Source: Octopus vulgaris
Taxonomy: Eukaryota
Length of the DNA: 64,000 nucleotides
Direction: 5' to 3'
NCBI GenBank assembly: GCA_951406725.2
Contig: OX597814.1
Location: forward strand, 46,562,001 to 46,626,000
The stretch's first letter is position 1; every line of letters begins with the position of its first letter. The translations under genes were made by a program, and so were the position numbers. Below are positions 12,963 through 26,299 of this stretch, in pieces. Below the pieces are notes generated by a model. That model was given only the letters and a program-made list of their open reading frames with translations, was not told where the DNA came from and made no database searches.

Positions 12963-14112
12963 CTATGTACAATACTTCAAATAAATACAGTGACAGATTA
13001 AAATTTTGAGGTGGAAAGGATCAATACCTCAAAGAACCAAGAAGATATATAGCTACAATGACAACAAAGTGTTGTTGAGTGAAGAGAGGTGGGCAGGGAG
13101 ACTGATAAAATAATACCTGAAAGATATCACTGATAAAGATATAGTCATGATAACAAAGTATTATATATCAGGCACAAAGTGGGATGAGAGCGCATGCACA
13201 CACAATTACGCCCATACAGTTACAGACAAACACTTGTGCACATTTCAGAACATTAAAGAGTCAACTGAATTGTTACCATTAGTTGTAGTCCGTATGAAAT
13301 AATATTTTTTGAAAGATCAGTACCTTGTTTAAACTTAGTTTGGTTAATAGTCTACTTATTAGAAACAAAGTACTTCGCTTGCCTAATTTTTCCAAAGTAA
13401 ACTATGACAATAATGATACATAAGACTGGACTAAATAAAAAATTAAGACTTAAACAAGTTGATCCTTTATTATTGTTATTGTTTTTCCTTTTTCTGTTTT
13501 GACAAATAAGGTACTTTGTTTCCAACAAGAAAAATATAAACAAAATTATAATTTCAAACCTTTGTTTTTATTGATATTTTTTTTTAATAAATATTATAGA
13601 AAGATACCTGACGGCAAAAATACAGAAAAATGTTTCCAATGAAAATACCTACATTAAAAATTGTTACTGTGAAAGCATTTATAGCAAAAGTAAATGCCAT
13701 AGATTACCCTATGGTGATGTTTATGGTAAAAATACCTACAATAAAAGTTTAAAACTGATTTTCAAGCAGCCAATGTGCACAAACTGGCTCCAATTAAGTC
13801 CATTAATACCGTAATGGAGTGTTACTAAGATAGAAACTATTTTGTTGTGAGAGAAACTGCTGGGGGTCCCACAATTTCTTGCTGAACAACCTTCACAGAT
13901 CATTTGCTTATGGTATTCAAATGTTTGTGCTGTGCATTAGATCACTCATTCCATCAAATTAATATTGCCTGTACAAGTGCACATGTCAGCTGTCAAAGTG
14001 ATCACAGAGCAATGTGAAATGAACTGCTTTGCTCAAGAACACAATACGTTGCCTGGTTGATTCCTGTACTATACTCAGTAAACTCACTGATACTGGTGAA
14101 AACATAGTTTAA

Positions 14113-14342
14113 CCCTTTCGTTACTGTATTTATTTTGAGATGTTCTGTGTTTCTTTCAATTACTTTTAACTATAACAAAGAATTTAATAAAATAACTTAG
14201 TGCTAGGAACATAAATAGTGACTAGGAACATAAATAGTGCTAGGAACATAAATGGTGGAAGATTTTAATTCAAGACTTATGAAAACAAGACATTTGTACT
14301 ACAGAGCCAGAGCCGGTTTCAGCCGAGTTGGTAATGGAAGGG
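14113..14342. mobile_element. piggyBac-type MITE
   Basis: TTAA both sides; TIR ccctttcgttac / gtaatggaaggg, same TIR family as the 8701 element. Confidence 0.75.
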
Positions 14343-14569
14343 TTAACAGGGTTACAGCTAAACAGGAGTTTATGGTTCATGCAGCACTGTAATTCTTTAA
14401 TTTTTAATGCTTCTGCATTGTACTACAATTGAGCACACGCCTATACTGGTATTGTAAAATTTTGTGTTTGAATATTTAGTGTAACAATTTATACAGAATA
14501 CTTGATTTGAGAGATATCAGATTTGAGAGATATCAGATATCAGATGTAGTGTGCAAAAGAGTCTTGTGG

Positions 14570-14803
14570 GCTCATGGGTGCTGATGCCACATAAAAAGCA
14601 CTGATGACAGTGCCATGTGAAAGTACCTAGTACACTGTAAAGTGGTTGGCATTAGGAAGAGCATCTAGCCATAGACACCATACCAAAACAGACATGGAGC
14701 CTGAGCAGCTCTTCATCTGACCAGCTCTTCATCTGACCAGCTCCTGTTCAACCATCCGACAAATACTGACATGGAAAATATATATTAAATGATGATGATG
14801 ATG
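14570..14803 (+). mobile_element. RTE 3'-end fragment
   Basis: gtggttggcattaggaagagcatc...catggaaaa...ttaaatgatgatgatg. Confidence 0.6.
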
Positions 14804-15345
14804 TCTTGCAGTACAATGAATTAATGATAACAATAAATAAGGAATACAAGTGACTATCCATCACCTGTGCTCTCCCTTACCAGTTAATTTAATCACTCAC
14901 TCATTCATTTTTTACCTCTATCATACCAACTATTTCTATGACTATCCATCATACCATTTGCTCTCTCCTTTGCCTGCAAAGATGCAACTGCCATTAGTCT
15001 CTCTCTCATTGCCATATGCCATTTATTATCTCTCATAAATCCTTGTCATTATTACTTCTCATTACTCTTCTAGCACTGTCTCTTCTATTTATCCCTCTTA
15101 TTCCACATCATCATCCAATTACTCTGCTCCACCATCATACTCTCTTTTCTTTTCCTCTCACTCTGGTTCAGCTTCTGCCCAGTCTTTTGGTCTTGTTATC
15201 CTGAACAGAGTCAACACTGAGCAGTGGGAATCTCAGTTCAAAGCAATCTCATAAGTACCAGTGCTCTGTTAAAAGGCATGCATTACACTTTGTAAAATGG
15301 TTGATGAATGATCAGAGACAGTGTAGAATAAAAAATATGTGTATG

Positions 15346-15408
<63 letters not shown>

Positions 15409-15414
<6 letters not shown>

Positions 15415-15871
15415 AGAAAATGGAGAAATACATCCAAATCAAATATCAACTACCAGATAATACCCAATCACATACTTTATCAAACCACTACATAAGAAAC
15501 TTTAAGATCAAACATAATATTATAGAACAAAACAGTGTACATAAAGGAGTAATATGATACAATAAGTACAATATGTATAAGAGAATATAAATATATTTAT
15601 ATTTATATAAATATATTTATATTTATATAAATATATTTATATTTATATAAATATAAATAAATATAAATATATTTATATTTATATTTATTTATATTCTCTT
15701 ATACATATTGTACTTATTGTATCATATTACTCCTTTATGTACACTGTATTTGTTCTATATTATTATGTTTGACCTTAAAGTTTCTTATGTAGTGGTTTGA
15801 TAAAGTATGTGATTGGGTATTATCTGGTAGTTGATATTTGATTTGGATGTATTTCTCCATTTTCTTATTTT
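15409..15871. repeat. Long inverted repeat (about 185-bp arms) adjacent to (TA)n
   Basis: aaaataagaaaatggagaaatacatccaaatc... mirrored by ...gatttggatgtatttctccattttcttatttt. AT-only centre. Confidence 0.9.
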
Positions 15872-16045
15872 GTATTATTAATTTGTGGTAAAACATTTTT
15901 ACCTTTGCCCATATAATACAGTAAAGGAATTAATTGCATCACAATTCTTAACATTTATGTATTAACTTTGTTGGGTACTTCACTAGCAGTATATTGGATA
16001 TATGTTATTCCATGGAGGGTTGCATTTACAACCCCTATCTCAATT

Positions 16046-16088
<43 letters not shown>

Positions 16089-16090
<2 letters not shown>

Positions 16091-16149
16091 TCTGAAAAAG
16101 ACTGAGTGTCTAGTGAACATTAAACACACCTCATGAAACAGGTGTAGAA
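16089..16149 (+). ncRNA. Degenerate hammerhead-like motif
   Basis: ttt CTGAAAA [..tgag tgt..aca cctca t] GAAA caggtg TA gaa. The core deviates from CUGAnGA. Confidence 0.35.
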
Positions 16150-16343
16150 GAGAAATTTAGAACTGAAATAGTAAGTATCAAAATAAAATTCTATGATATG
16201 GTGCGATGTATATTAGGATTTGATGAATTCATTGGGGACTTCTATCACAAAATAACATAATTCCTTATCGAGAATTATTCAATTTATTTTAATCCCTGTG
16301 ACGCTGGAATTTTTATTCCCTAATAAATAAAATTATATATATA

Positions 16344-17612
16344 CGAGGGGCGTTCAATAAGTAATGCCCCTGACCCACTTCCCATAACAGTAGAGCAATG
16401 AAACTTGGCACAGTTATGAGTCTTTTTCTACATAGGAATCACCCAGAGTTACGCATTTCTCCCATCGTTTGATGCAGCTCTTGAGACCGTTTTTGTAGAA
16501 GACACCAGCTTGGCCCTCCAACCACGACGTGACTTCAGAAATCAAAGCTGCACCATCTGGGAAACGCTTTCCTTTCAAAAACAACTTCATGGCTGGGAAG
16601 AGATGAAAATCAGAGAATGCAAGGTCAGGAGAGTAGGGGGATGGGGGAGGAGTTCATAGCTGCATGCCTGTGCTTCTGATCTGGCGACACGCGAGTTGTG
16701 GACCGGAGCTTTGTCCTGCAGGAGGAGGATGCCTTTGCTGATCTTGCCCCGCCTCTTGATTTTGATAGCTTCTCTTAATTTCCTCAACCGTGAAGCATAA
16801 TAGGCTCCTGTAATTGTGGTACCCTTTGCCAGGAAATCTGTTATCACTACTCCGTCCTGGTCCCAGAAGACTGTGAGCATGACCTTGCCAGCGGAGGGCT
16901 GCACCCTTGCCTTCTTTGGAGGAAGTGAGTCACGGTGCTTCCACTGCATTGACTGGGCTTTGGTCTCTGGATCATAGTGATGGACCCAGGTTTCATCCTG
17001 TGTAATCAGTCTTTTGAAAAATTTTGACTCATCTTCTTGGCACATCTCCAAATTCATCCTCGAGCACTCGACGCGTTCTTGCTTCTGGAAAGGTGTGAAC
17101 AACCTGGGAATTCATCTGGCAGACACCTTTTGCATATGCAAATGGTCATGAATGATAGTTTCCACAGACCCGGTACTAATCTGATCTCATGGGCTATTTG
17201 GCGAATAGTTATGCGTCGATCTTCCAAAATGGCAGCCTGAACTTGACGGACAGATGCCTCATCAATGGCAGAAGGGGGGCGACAGAGTTCCGACCATGTT
17301 TGAATTCACGATGCCAACGTTTTACAAGGTCATATGATGGGGCATCATCACCATAAGTTACTTTCATTTCATCAAAAGTCTCCCATGGTATGCGTCCTTT
17401 CAAATACAGAAACCGGATCACTACTCGACACTCAACAGGCTCCATTTCACACTTGACTCAGTTAAAACATCTGTAAATTAGAAACCACTATTAGTTCAGA
17501 GCTGTAATTTACCACTTAATCTATAGAGATATAAATACTTGCACGTGCAAAATTTCAGCTAGATAAAACAACTGCAAGTGGGTTAGGGGCATTACTTATT
17601 GAACGTCCCTCG
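16344..17612 (-). mobile_element. Full-length mariner DNA transposon with frameshifted transposase
   Basis: 37-bp TIRs cgaggggcgttcaataagtaatgcccctgacccactt (2 mismatches), TA flanks, 1269 bp. Motifs ITQDETWVHHYDP, GKVMLTVFWD, LLQDKAPVH are split over ORFs 17209-17445 and 16587-17102. Confidence 0.95.
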
Positions 17613-17660
<48 letters not shown>

Positions 17661-17661
<1 letters not shown>

Positions 17662-17853
17662 TTTATTTAAAGCAGCAGAAAATTCAACAAAACCTGTTAC
17701 TCTGAGTTTTCCGTTGCCATTCATCGGACAGTTTTTGCTAGAATGGAACTGATATGTCATATCGGTTCCATTCTAGCAAAAACTGTCCGATGAACGGCAA
17801 CGGGAAACTCAGAGTAACAGGTTTTGTTGAATTTTCTGCTGCTTTAAATAAAG
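17661..17853. repeat. Near-perfect palindrome (96-bp arms, 1-nt spacer at 17757), Penelope-like inverted pseudo-LTR
   Basis: Arms read directly; each carries a hammerhead-like motif followed by AATAAA. Abuts (TA)n. Confidence 0.85.
17783..17820 (+). ncRNA. Minimal type I hammerhead ribozyme motif (mirror copy on - strand, 17694-17731)
   Basis: Stem I ctgt, core CCGATGA, stem II a-cg-GCAA-cg-g, GAAA, stem III ctc-a-gag, TA, stem I' acag. Confidence 0.6.
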
Positions 17854-18416
17854 CATATTACTCTACCATTGGTATTTGAGTACTCTTTTTTCCACCTTGT
17901 TTCACATTTATGTGTTTACTCCGGTATATCATCATCATACGAGCAAAACGCCCCCTGTCCAATGGACGGTGCTGAGTTGTCAAACATTTAAACCAAATTT
18001 TCTCAAAACAACTTGTCCAACTGTCCCATAGGCCACCCCTTTGAGAAACACTGATTTAACCTTAATTTGAGACACCAGCAAAAGAAGAAATAAAGATAGA
18101 CTTTTTTTCTATTCCAAAGAAAAGCAATTTTATTCTCACAAATATGCAACCGAAGAGTTTAAAGTACCAGTAATAAGGGTGTTCACTGGGAGAACACAAA
18201 CATGGTTTAAACAGTAAGCTTGTCAGGAAAGAAACGTGCCTTTAAGCAGTACAAAAACAACAAAAAATGGAAGGTGCAGTTATGTACAGGTTGGTGGAAG
18301 AAAAGTAAAACAAAAACGATGCATGCAAATGGGTTAGCTGGAGGTAAATCTAGATGGAAATGCATGATGAATTTATGAGAACATACCTGGGACAATAATA
18401 AATTTATCCGATAAAT

Positions 18417-18790
18417 CATCATCATCATCATCAATTAACATCTGCTTTCCATGCTAGCATGGGTTGGACGATTTTGACTGAGGACTGGCAAACCAGATGG
18501 CTGCACCAGGCTCCTATCTTGATTTGGCAGAGTTTCTACAGCTGGATGCCCTTCCTAACGCTAACCACTCCGAGAGTGTAGTGGGTGCTTTTTACGTGCC
18601 ACTGGCATGGGGGCCAGTCAGGCAGTACTGGCAATGACCTCGCTCAAATCTTTTAACACATACCACTGGCACAGGTGCCATTAAGGCGATGTTGGTAACG
18701 ATCACGCTCGAATGGTGCCCTTTTACGTGCCACTTGCTTGGAAGCCAGTTGGCAGCTCTGGCAACGATCACGCTCGGTTGGTGCTCTTGG
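18417..18790 (-). mobile_element. RTE 3'-end fragment
   Basis: (CAT)n followed by ttccatgctagcatgggttgg...gctggatgcccttcctaacg. Confidence 0.7.
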
Positions 18791-19044
18791 TACCCTACAT
18801 GTAGGAAATCAACTTAGGGCGATTTTTGATGGAAAGCAACAACCTAGGGAACTATGCACTTGCACGTACAAATGCACGTTCCCACGGCTTTATCGATTGC
18901 ATTCTCACCTGGAATCGATTTTTGTAATTTTTTCAAGACTTATACACTCCCTGATACCGTCGGTATCTACATATCAAATTTGAGTGCAATCAGATGAAGG
19001 ATGCCCGAGATCCTAGAAGACACACACACAGACAGAACGGATTT

Positions 19045-19317
19045 TAGTGCCAGGTTGTCGCCAGTGCCACTGGACTGGCTCCTGTGCAGGTGGCATGTAA
19101 AAGGCACCATTTGGGCATGGCCGTTGCCAGTACCACCAAACTGGCCCTTGTGCCGGTGGCACGTAAAAGCACCCACTACACTCTCGGAGTGGTTGGCGTT
19201 AGGAAGGGCATCCGGCTGTAGAAACTCTGCCAGATCAGAGTGGAGTCTGGTTCGCCAGACCTCAGTCAAATCGTCCAACCCATGCTAGCATGGAAAGCGG
19301 ACACTAAATGATGATGA
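19045..19317 (+). mobile_element. RTE 3'-end fragment
   Basis: ggttggcgttaggaagggcatcc...aacccatgctagcatggaaagcgg...atgatgatg. Confidence 0.7.
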
Positions 19318-19658
19318 GATATATAAAGCAATACACTCACATGCTTCCTCCTCTATTTCTATCACTAGCATTGACACTCTGAAAATCCATTGTTCTGAGC
19401 ATTGCACAGTGATACTAAACCCAAAAACCTTGTGGTTGCAAAGTAAGCTTCCTAACCATACAATCATGTCTGCACCTATGTAAAAAGAGTTGGAATGAAT
19501 CAGGTTAATTCCTATTCCTGGTCACATAAAGACAAGTTTACTACATTATTTTTCACAGTGAGATTTAAAATGTGTTTTTACAAAAAAATATTAAAAAACA
19601 CCTGTATGTCTACCTTAAATCTCTATCCAAAAAAACTGGGCAATATTGCTATTAATTA

Positions 19659-19880
19659 ATCATCATCATCATTATCGTATAACGTCCACTTTCCATGCTG
19701 GCATGGGTTGGATGATTTGACTGAGGACTGGCAAACCAGATGGCTGCACCAGGCTCCAATCTTGAACTCTGCGAGATCAAGATTGGAGCCTGGTGCAGCC
19801 ATCTGGTTCGCCAGCCCTCAGTCAAATTGTCCAACCCATGCTAGCATGGAAAGTGGATGTTAAACGATGATGATGATGAT
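19659..19880. repeat. Head-to-head inverted pair of RTE 3' ends (about 105-bp arms, about 11-nt spacer)
   Basis: (CAT)n...ccaggctccaatcttga actctgcgaga tcaagattggagcctgg...(GAT)n. Confidence 0.85.
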
Positions 19881-20247
19881 ATATATATATATATATATAT
19901 ATATATCCAAATACGTGGTTCCAGGTTCAGTCCCACTGCATGGCACCTTGGGTAAGTGTCTTCTACTATAGCCTCAAGCCAACCAAAGCCTTGTGAGTAG
20001 AATTAGAAGACAGAAACTGAAAGAAGCCTGTTGTATATATTATATATGTATAAATTTGTGTGTGTGTCTGTATTTGTCCCCCCCCACCATCACTTGACAA
20101 CTGATGTTGATATGTTTACATACCCATAACTTAGCAATTTTGCAAAAGAGACCCATAGGCTTACAGAGAATAAGTCCTGGGGTCAATTTGTCTGATGTAT
20201 ATATGTATACATGTATATATAATATATATATATCGATATATGTATAC

Positions 20248-20287
<40 letters not shown>

Positions 20288-20288
<1 letters not shown>

Positions 20289-20455
20289 CTTTTCTACTCT
20301 AGGCACAAGGCCTAAAAGTTTTAGGAGGTGACAACTCAATTAGATTGACTCCAGTATGCAACTGGTACTTAATTTATTAACTCTGAAAGGATGAAAGGCA
20401 AAGTCAACCTCAGCAGAATTTGAACTCAGAATGTAAAGACAGACAAAATACCACT
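20288..20455 (-). mobile_element. SINE family B fragment
   Basis: Homologous to 1359-1562. Confidence 0.65.
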
Positions 20456-20459
20456 ATGT

Positions 20460-20658
<199 letters not shown>

Positions 20659-20670
20659 CATTTCCCAAAA

Positions 20671-21057
20671 ATGCGGAAACCAGGTCATGGCTCAGCAGGG
20701 TATGAAAACCATTTCCCAAAAATGCGGAACCCAGGTCATGGCTCAACAGTGAATGAAAATCATGCTACTCAATTGCATACATCAGCTGTAACAAACCCAA
20801 ACTCGCAGAAATTCGATATAGTAATGAATGAAAGCAGTTTTTTAGGCATAATCTACCAACTACAACAACAGCTGTACTCCATACAGACGACTCAGCAAAA
20901 CCAGGCAACATTGATACAAAGGCTGACACCTGGACTTACAGGGCACGTACAACAAATACAGACAGCCCAGCAGACCGAATATCCAGTCAGCACAGTCCCA
21001 GCAACTACAACAGTCTTGCCAACAATAGGGCAGATGTATCCGGTACAACAAGCATAA
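20671..21057 (+). CDS. C-terminal part of LINE ORF1 (Q/T-rich, 51-bp tandem repeat at the truncated 5' end)
   Basis: Open frame overlapping the ORF2 frame; repeat units start at 20654 and 20705. Confidence 0.6.
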   Translation: MRKPGHGSAGYENHFPKMRNPGHGSTVNENHATQLHTSAVTNPNSQKFDIVMNESSFLGIIYQLQQQLYSIQTTQQNQATLIQRLTPGLTGHVQQIQTAQQTEYPVSTVPATTTVLPTIGQMYPVQQA

Positions 21058-24044
21058 TAACAGCAAATATCCAGGGTCTTTATCCGAAAACAAAACAGTG
21101 TAAAGTCCCTTTCTTGGAAGAATTAGCAACAGAAAACAACTCCAAAATAATTGGAATTACTGAAAGTCATCTCAACGAAAACATCCGCAACAGCGAAATC
21201 ACAATCAATAGATTCAACATCTTCAGATGTGATAGACAAGGCAGATCCCATGGGGGCGTTATCATGTATATCCATGATACCTATGCATGCATAGAACTTG
21301 TCAATGAATCAAATGCCTACTGCAACCTGCTGTGCATAAAAATCATCCAACTTAATACAGTTGTAACAATAATGTACAGACCGCCAAACAGCCCAACATT
21401 ATCCTTCACTGAGCCACTGACGAAGCTCCAACAAATTCTGGGAAACATGGCAAGTCCAATGCCAGACATTATCCTCCTTGGTGACTTCAACTTCCCTAAC
21501 ATCATCTGGCCACATGGACACATACTAAAACTGGGGACAAAAGCTGAACAAATACAGGCAGCCAAACTGTTGGAAGTCACAGAGAAATTATACCCCAAAC
21601 AAATGATGACAGAAGCAACAAGAAATAATAATACGATCGACTTGGTTTTCACCAACAACGAGGACACGCTATTTGACCTTCACTCAACCCCAACAATCCT
21701 TTCAGACCACAATATTATTGAAATGCATTTACACATTGGTAATGAGCCCAATGCCACAACTCTTAAACAAAAGGACATGCCAAAGCTATGCAGGTATGAT
21801 TATCACCAGGCAAATTGGGAAACTATTAACAACCAGTTACAAATCATTGACTGGGATCTCTACCTTACTGGGCCAGATAAACACAAGAAATTCTTAAACA
21901 AGATCGAAGAAATATGTGAAAAAAATGTTCCTCTAAAGAAAACCAAGTCCACAAAAAAACCTGTACCACGGGAGCGAAAGATCCTGATGCGCAAAAGGTC
22001 AAGACTAAGAAACAAAACATCTAAGCTGACATCAAAACATGAATTACAGAAAGTCCTTGACCAAATATACAGATTAGAAGACAATCTAAAACAACACTAT
22101 GATGAAGAACGTAACAATGCAGAAAAGAAAGCCATAGAAAACATCAAGAAAAATCCAAAATGTTTCTACAGTTTTGCAAAGAAATACTCGAACACCAAGT
22201 CAACAATAGGACCTCTCCAGAGACAAAATGGGGATGTAGTGAATAACCCTATTGAAATGGCAGAAATATTGGGTCAACAGTATGAAAGTGTCTTCAGTGA
22301 GCCATCTAAAACCATGAAGATCCATGACCCAGGAAAATTCTTCAAGGATATCGACCATACTAAACCTACCCTATCCGACATTGATTTCAACCCAGAAGAC
22401 ATAGCAAGAGCAATAGACAAGCTCTCCATGCACTCGGCTGCGGGGCCTGACGGTTTCAATGCCATGATACTTAAAAACTGCAAGGCACAATTGTCGAAAC
22501 CCCTTTACATGATATGGAGGGAATCTATGGAGAATGGCAAAATACCAAATACATATAAAGAAGCACACATAACTCCAATACATAAAGGGGATAGCAAATC
22601 AAAACCAAAGAACTACCGACCAATCTCACTGACATCACACATTATCAAGGTCTTCGAAAGAATAGTTCGTGGAAAACTGGTTGAGTTCCTGGAATCCAAC
22701 AATCTGATGAATTGCAACCAGCATGGATTCAGGTTAGGTAGATCATGCCTTTCCCAACTACTGGCACACCATGACCAAATCCTAGAAAATCTAGAGAATG
22801 GATACAACACAGATGTTATCTACCTCGACTTTGCCAAGGCATTTGACAAGGTAGATCATGGCATCCTGGGTCACAAACTTCGAAAGCTAGGAGTAGGAGG
22901 AAAAGTTGGTACATGGATACACGAGTTCCTTACAAATAGAACTCAAACAGTCACTGTGAATGGAACCCATTCAACACCATCACCTGTGACCAGCAGTGTT
23001 CCTCAGGGTACAGTACTCTGGCCCAATCCTGTTTCTCATCCTCATCTCTGACATAGATGAAGATACAACCAGCAACGTCTCATCCTTTGCTGATGACACC
23101 AGGGTCATGAGACAAATCAAAGACGAGGTGGATACAGAGGCCTTACAAAAGGACCTGACCACCATATATAAATGGCAGGAAACAAACAACATGTTGTTCA
23201 ATGATAAGAAGTTTGAACTAATTGCTACGGAACAGATCAAGATCTGAAAAATACAACAAACTACAGAAACCCATCAGGACAACAAATAATGGAAAAACAG
23301 TATGTGAAAGATTTAGGCATCCACATGGGAACCAACCTAAAATTCAGAGAACACCTTGACTCAGTCTGTCTTACTGCAAGAAAGTACAGCGGGTGGATCT
23401 TGCGCACCTTCAAATCAAGAGATACCTCAACAATGAAAACCCTCTGGAACAGTATGATACTTCCGAGGATTGACTACTGTTCTCAGTTGTGGTCACCAAC
23501 AACAAAGGGCCAACTATCTAAGATAGAATCGCTCCAAAGAAATTTTACCTCATACTTCTCAGAAACGAGGGACCTGGACTATTGGCAAAGACTCAAAACC
23601 TTGAGGATGTACTCAATAGAAAGAAGATTTGAGCGTTACCGAATTATATACATTTGGAAAATGATAGAGCAGAAGGTGCCAAACTTTGGTATCAAAACCT
23701 ACCACTCACTGCGCCACGGAAGACGCTGCCAGCTGCCACCAATCAACAAAAAGGCTGGCCAGGCAGCAAAAACCCTGCGAGAATCAAGTCTGTTGGTTCG
23801 AGGAGCACAACTGTTCAACTCCATTCCGGTACATGTCAGAAATCTATCAGGATGCAGTGTGGAATCATTCAAATTGCAACTGGATAGATACTTAAGCACC
23901 ATTAGAGATGAACCCCATCTCCCAGGATATACACAACGAGCACAAACTGACTCAAACTCGCTCCTACACATGTCAAATTTAAGCAGAGAATACAACCTGG
24001 CAACCACACCAGACTCTGAGGGTGGAGTCTTCGACTTGGCCTGA
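20832..24044 (+). pseudogene. LINE ORF2 (EN-RT) with two compensating 1-bp indels (about 23019 and 23224)
   Basis: Frame open from 20832. Comparison with the duplicate copy shows an extra T (ctcTggccc) and a missing G (attgcta vs attggcta). Confidence 0.85.
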
Positions 24045-24046
24045 GC

Positions 24047-25618
24047 ATGGACTCAAACCCAAATGAAATGAAACCCCTTTACATGATATGGAGGGAATCT
24101 ATGGAGAATGGCAAAATACCAAATACATATAAAGAAGCACACATAACTCCAATACATAAAGGGGATAGCAAATCAAAACCAAAGAACTACCGACCAATCT
24201 CACTGACATCACACATTATCAAGGTCTTCGAAAGAATAGTTCGTGGAAAACTGGTTGAGTTCCTGGAATCCAACAATCTGATGAATTGCAACCAGCATGG
24301 ATTCAGGTTAGGTAGATCATGCCTTTCCCAACTACTGGCACACCATGACCAAATCCTAGAAAATCTAGAGAATGGATACAACACAGATGTTATCTACCTC
24401 GACTTTGCCAAGGCATTTGACAAGGTAGATCATGGCATCCTGGGTCACAAACTTCGAAAGCTAGGAGTAGGAGGAAAAGTTGGTACATGGATACACGAGT
24501 TCCTTACAAATAGAACTCAAACAGTCACTGTGAATGGAACCCATTCAACACCATCACCTGTGACCAGCAGTGTTCCTCAGGGTACAGTACTCGGCCCAAT
24601 CCTGTTTCTCATCCTCATCTCTGACATAGATGAAGATACAACCAGCAACGTCTCATCCTTTGCTGATGACACCAGGGTCATGAGACAAATCAAAGACGAG
24701 GTGGATACAGAGGCCTTACAAAAGGACCTGACCACCATATATAAATGGCAGGAAACAAACAACATGTTGTTCAATGATAAGAAGTTTGAACTAATTGGCT
24801 ACGGAACAGATCAAGATCTGAAAAATACAACAAACTACAGAAACCCATCAGGACAACAAATAATGGAAAAACAGTATGTGAAAGATTTAGGCATCCACAT
24901 GGGAACCAACCTAAAATTCAGAGAACACCTTGACTCAGTCTGTCTTACTGCAAGAAAGTACAGCGGGTGGATCTTGCGCACCTTCAAATCAAGAGATACC
25001 TCAACAATGAAAACCCTCTGGAACAGTATGATACTTCCGAGGATTGACTACTGTTCTCAGTTGTGGTCACCAACAACAAAGGGCCAACTATCTAAGATAG
25101 AATCGCTCCAAAGAAATTTTACCTCATACTTCTCAGAAACGAGGGACCTGGACTATTGGCAAAGACTCAAAACCTTGAGGATGTACTCAATAGAAAGAAG
25201 ATTTGAGCGTTACCGAATTATATACATTTGGAAAATGATAGAGCAGAAGGTGCCAAACTTTGGTATCAAAACCTACCACTCACTGCGCCACGGAAGACGC
25301 TGCCAGCTGCCACCAATCAACAAAAAGGCTGGCCAGGCAGCAAAAACCCTGCGAGAATCAAGTCTGTTGGTTCGAGGAGCACAACTGTTCAACTCCATTC
25401 CGGTACATGTCAGAAATCTATCAGGATGCAGTGTGGAATCATTCAAATTGCAACTGGATAGATACTTAAGCACCATCAGAGATGAACCCCATCTCCTAGG
25501 ATATACACAACGAGCACAAACTGACTCAAACTCGCTCCTACACATGTCAAATTTAAGCAGAGAATACAACCTGGCAACCACACCAGACTCTGAGGGTGGA
25601 GTCTTCGACTTGGCCTGA
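24047..25618 (+). CDS. Intact 523-aa RT-domain ORF formed by the duplicated LINE 3' segment
   Basis: An ATG in the first copy's short 3'UTR is in frame with the second copy's RT. No stops. Confidence 0.75.
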   Translation: MDSNPNEMKPLYMIWRESMENGKIPNTYKEAHITPIHKGDSKSKPKNYRPISLTSHIIKVFERIVRGKLVEFLESNNLMNCNQHGFRLGRSCLSQLLAHHDQILENLENGYNTDVIYLDFAKAFDKVDHGILGHKLRKLGVGGKVGTWIHEFLTNRTQTVTVNGTHSTPSPVTSSVPQGTVLGPILFLILISDIDEDTTSNVSSFADDTRVMRQIKDEVDTEALQKDLTTIYKWQETNNMLFNDKKFELIGYGTDQDLKNTTNYRNPSGQQIMEKQYVKDLGIHMGTNLKFREHLDSVCLTARKYSGWILRTFKSRDTSTMKTLWNSMILPRIDYCSQLWSPTTKGQLSKIESLQRNFTSYFSETRDLDYWQRLKTLRMYSIERRFERYRIIYIWKMIEQKVPNFGIKTYHSLRHGRRCQLPPINKKAGQAAKTLRESSLLVRGAQLFNSIPVHVRNLSGCSVESFKLQLDRYLSTIRDEPHLLGYTQRAQTDSNSLLHMSNLSREYNLATTPDSEGGVFDLA

Positions 25619-25654
25619 GCATGGACTCAAACCCAAATGAAATGAAATGAAATG

Positions 25655-26167
<513 letters not shown>

Positions 26168-26299
26168 TTCAGTAAAATTTAGATTCAGTTCAATATGGTA
26201 CTTAAGTTAAAGGCACCAGAATTTAGTATGGTATTATACATATAATTCAAAATGGGGTGATTATAATCAAAATAAGCAACAAGTTTATCCAGAGGTAAC

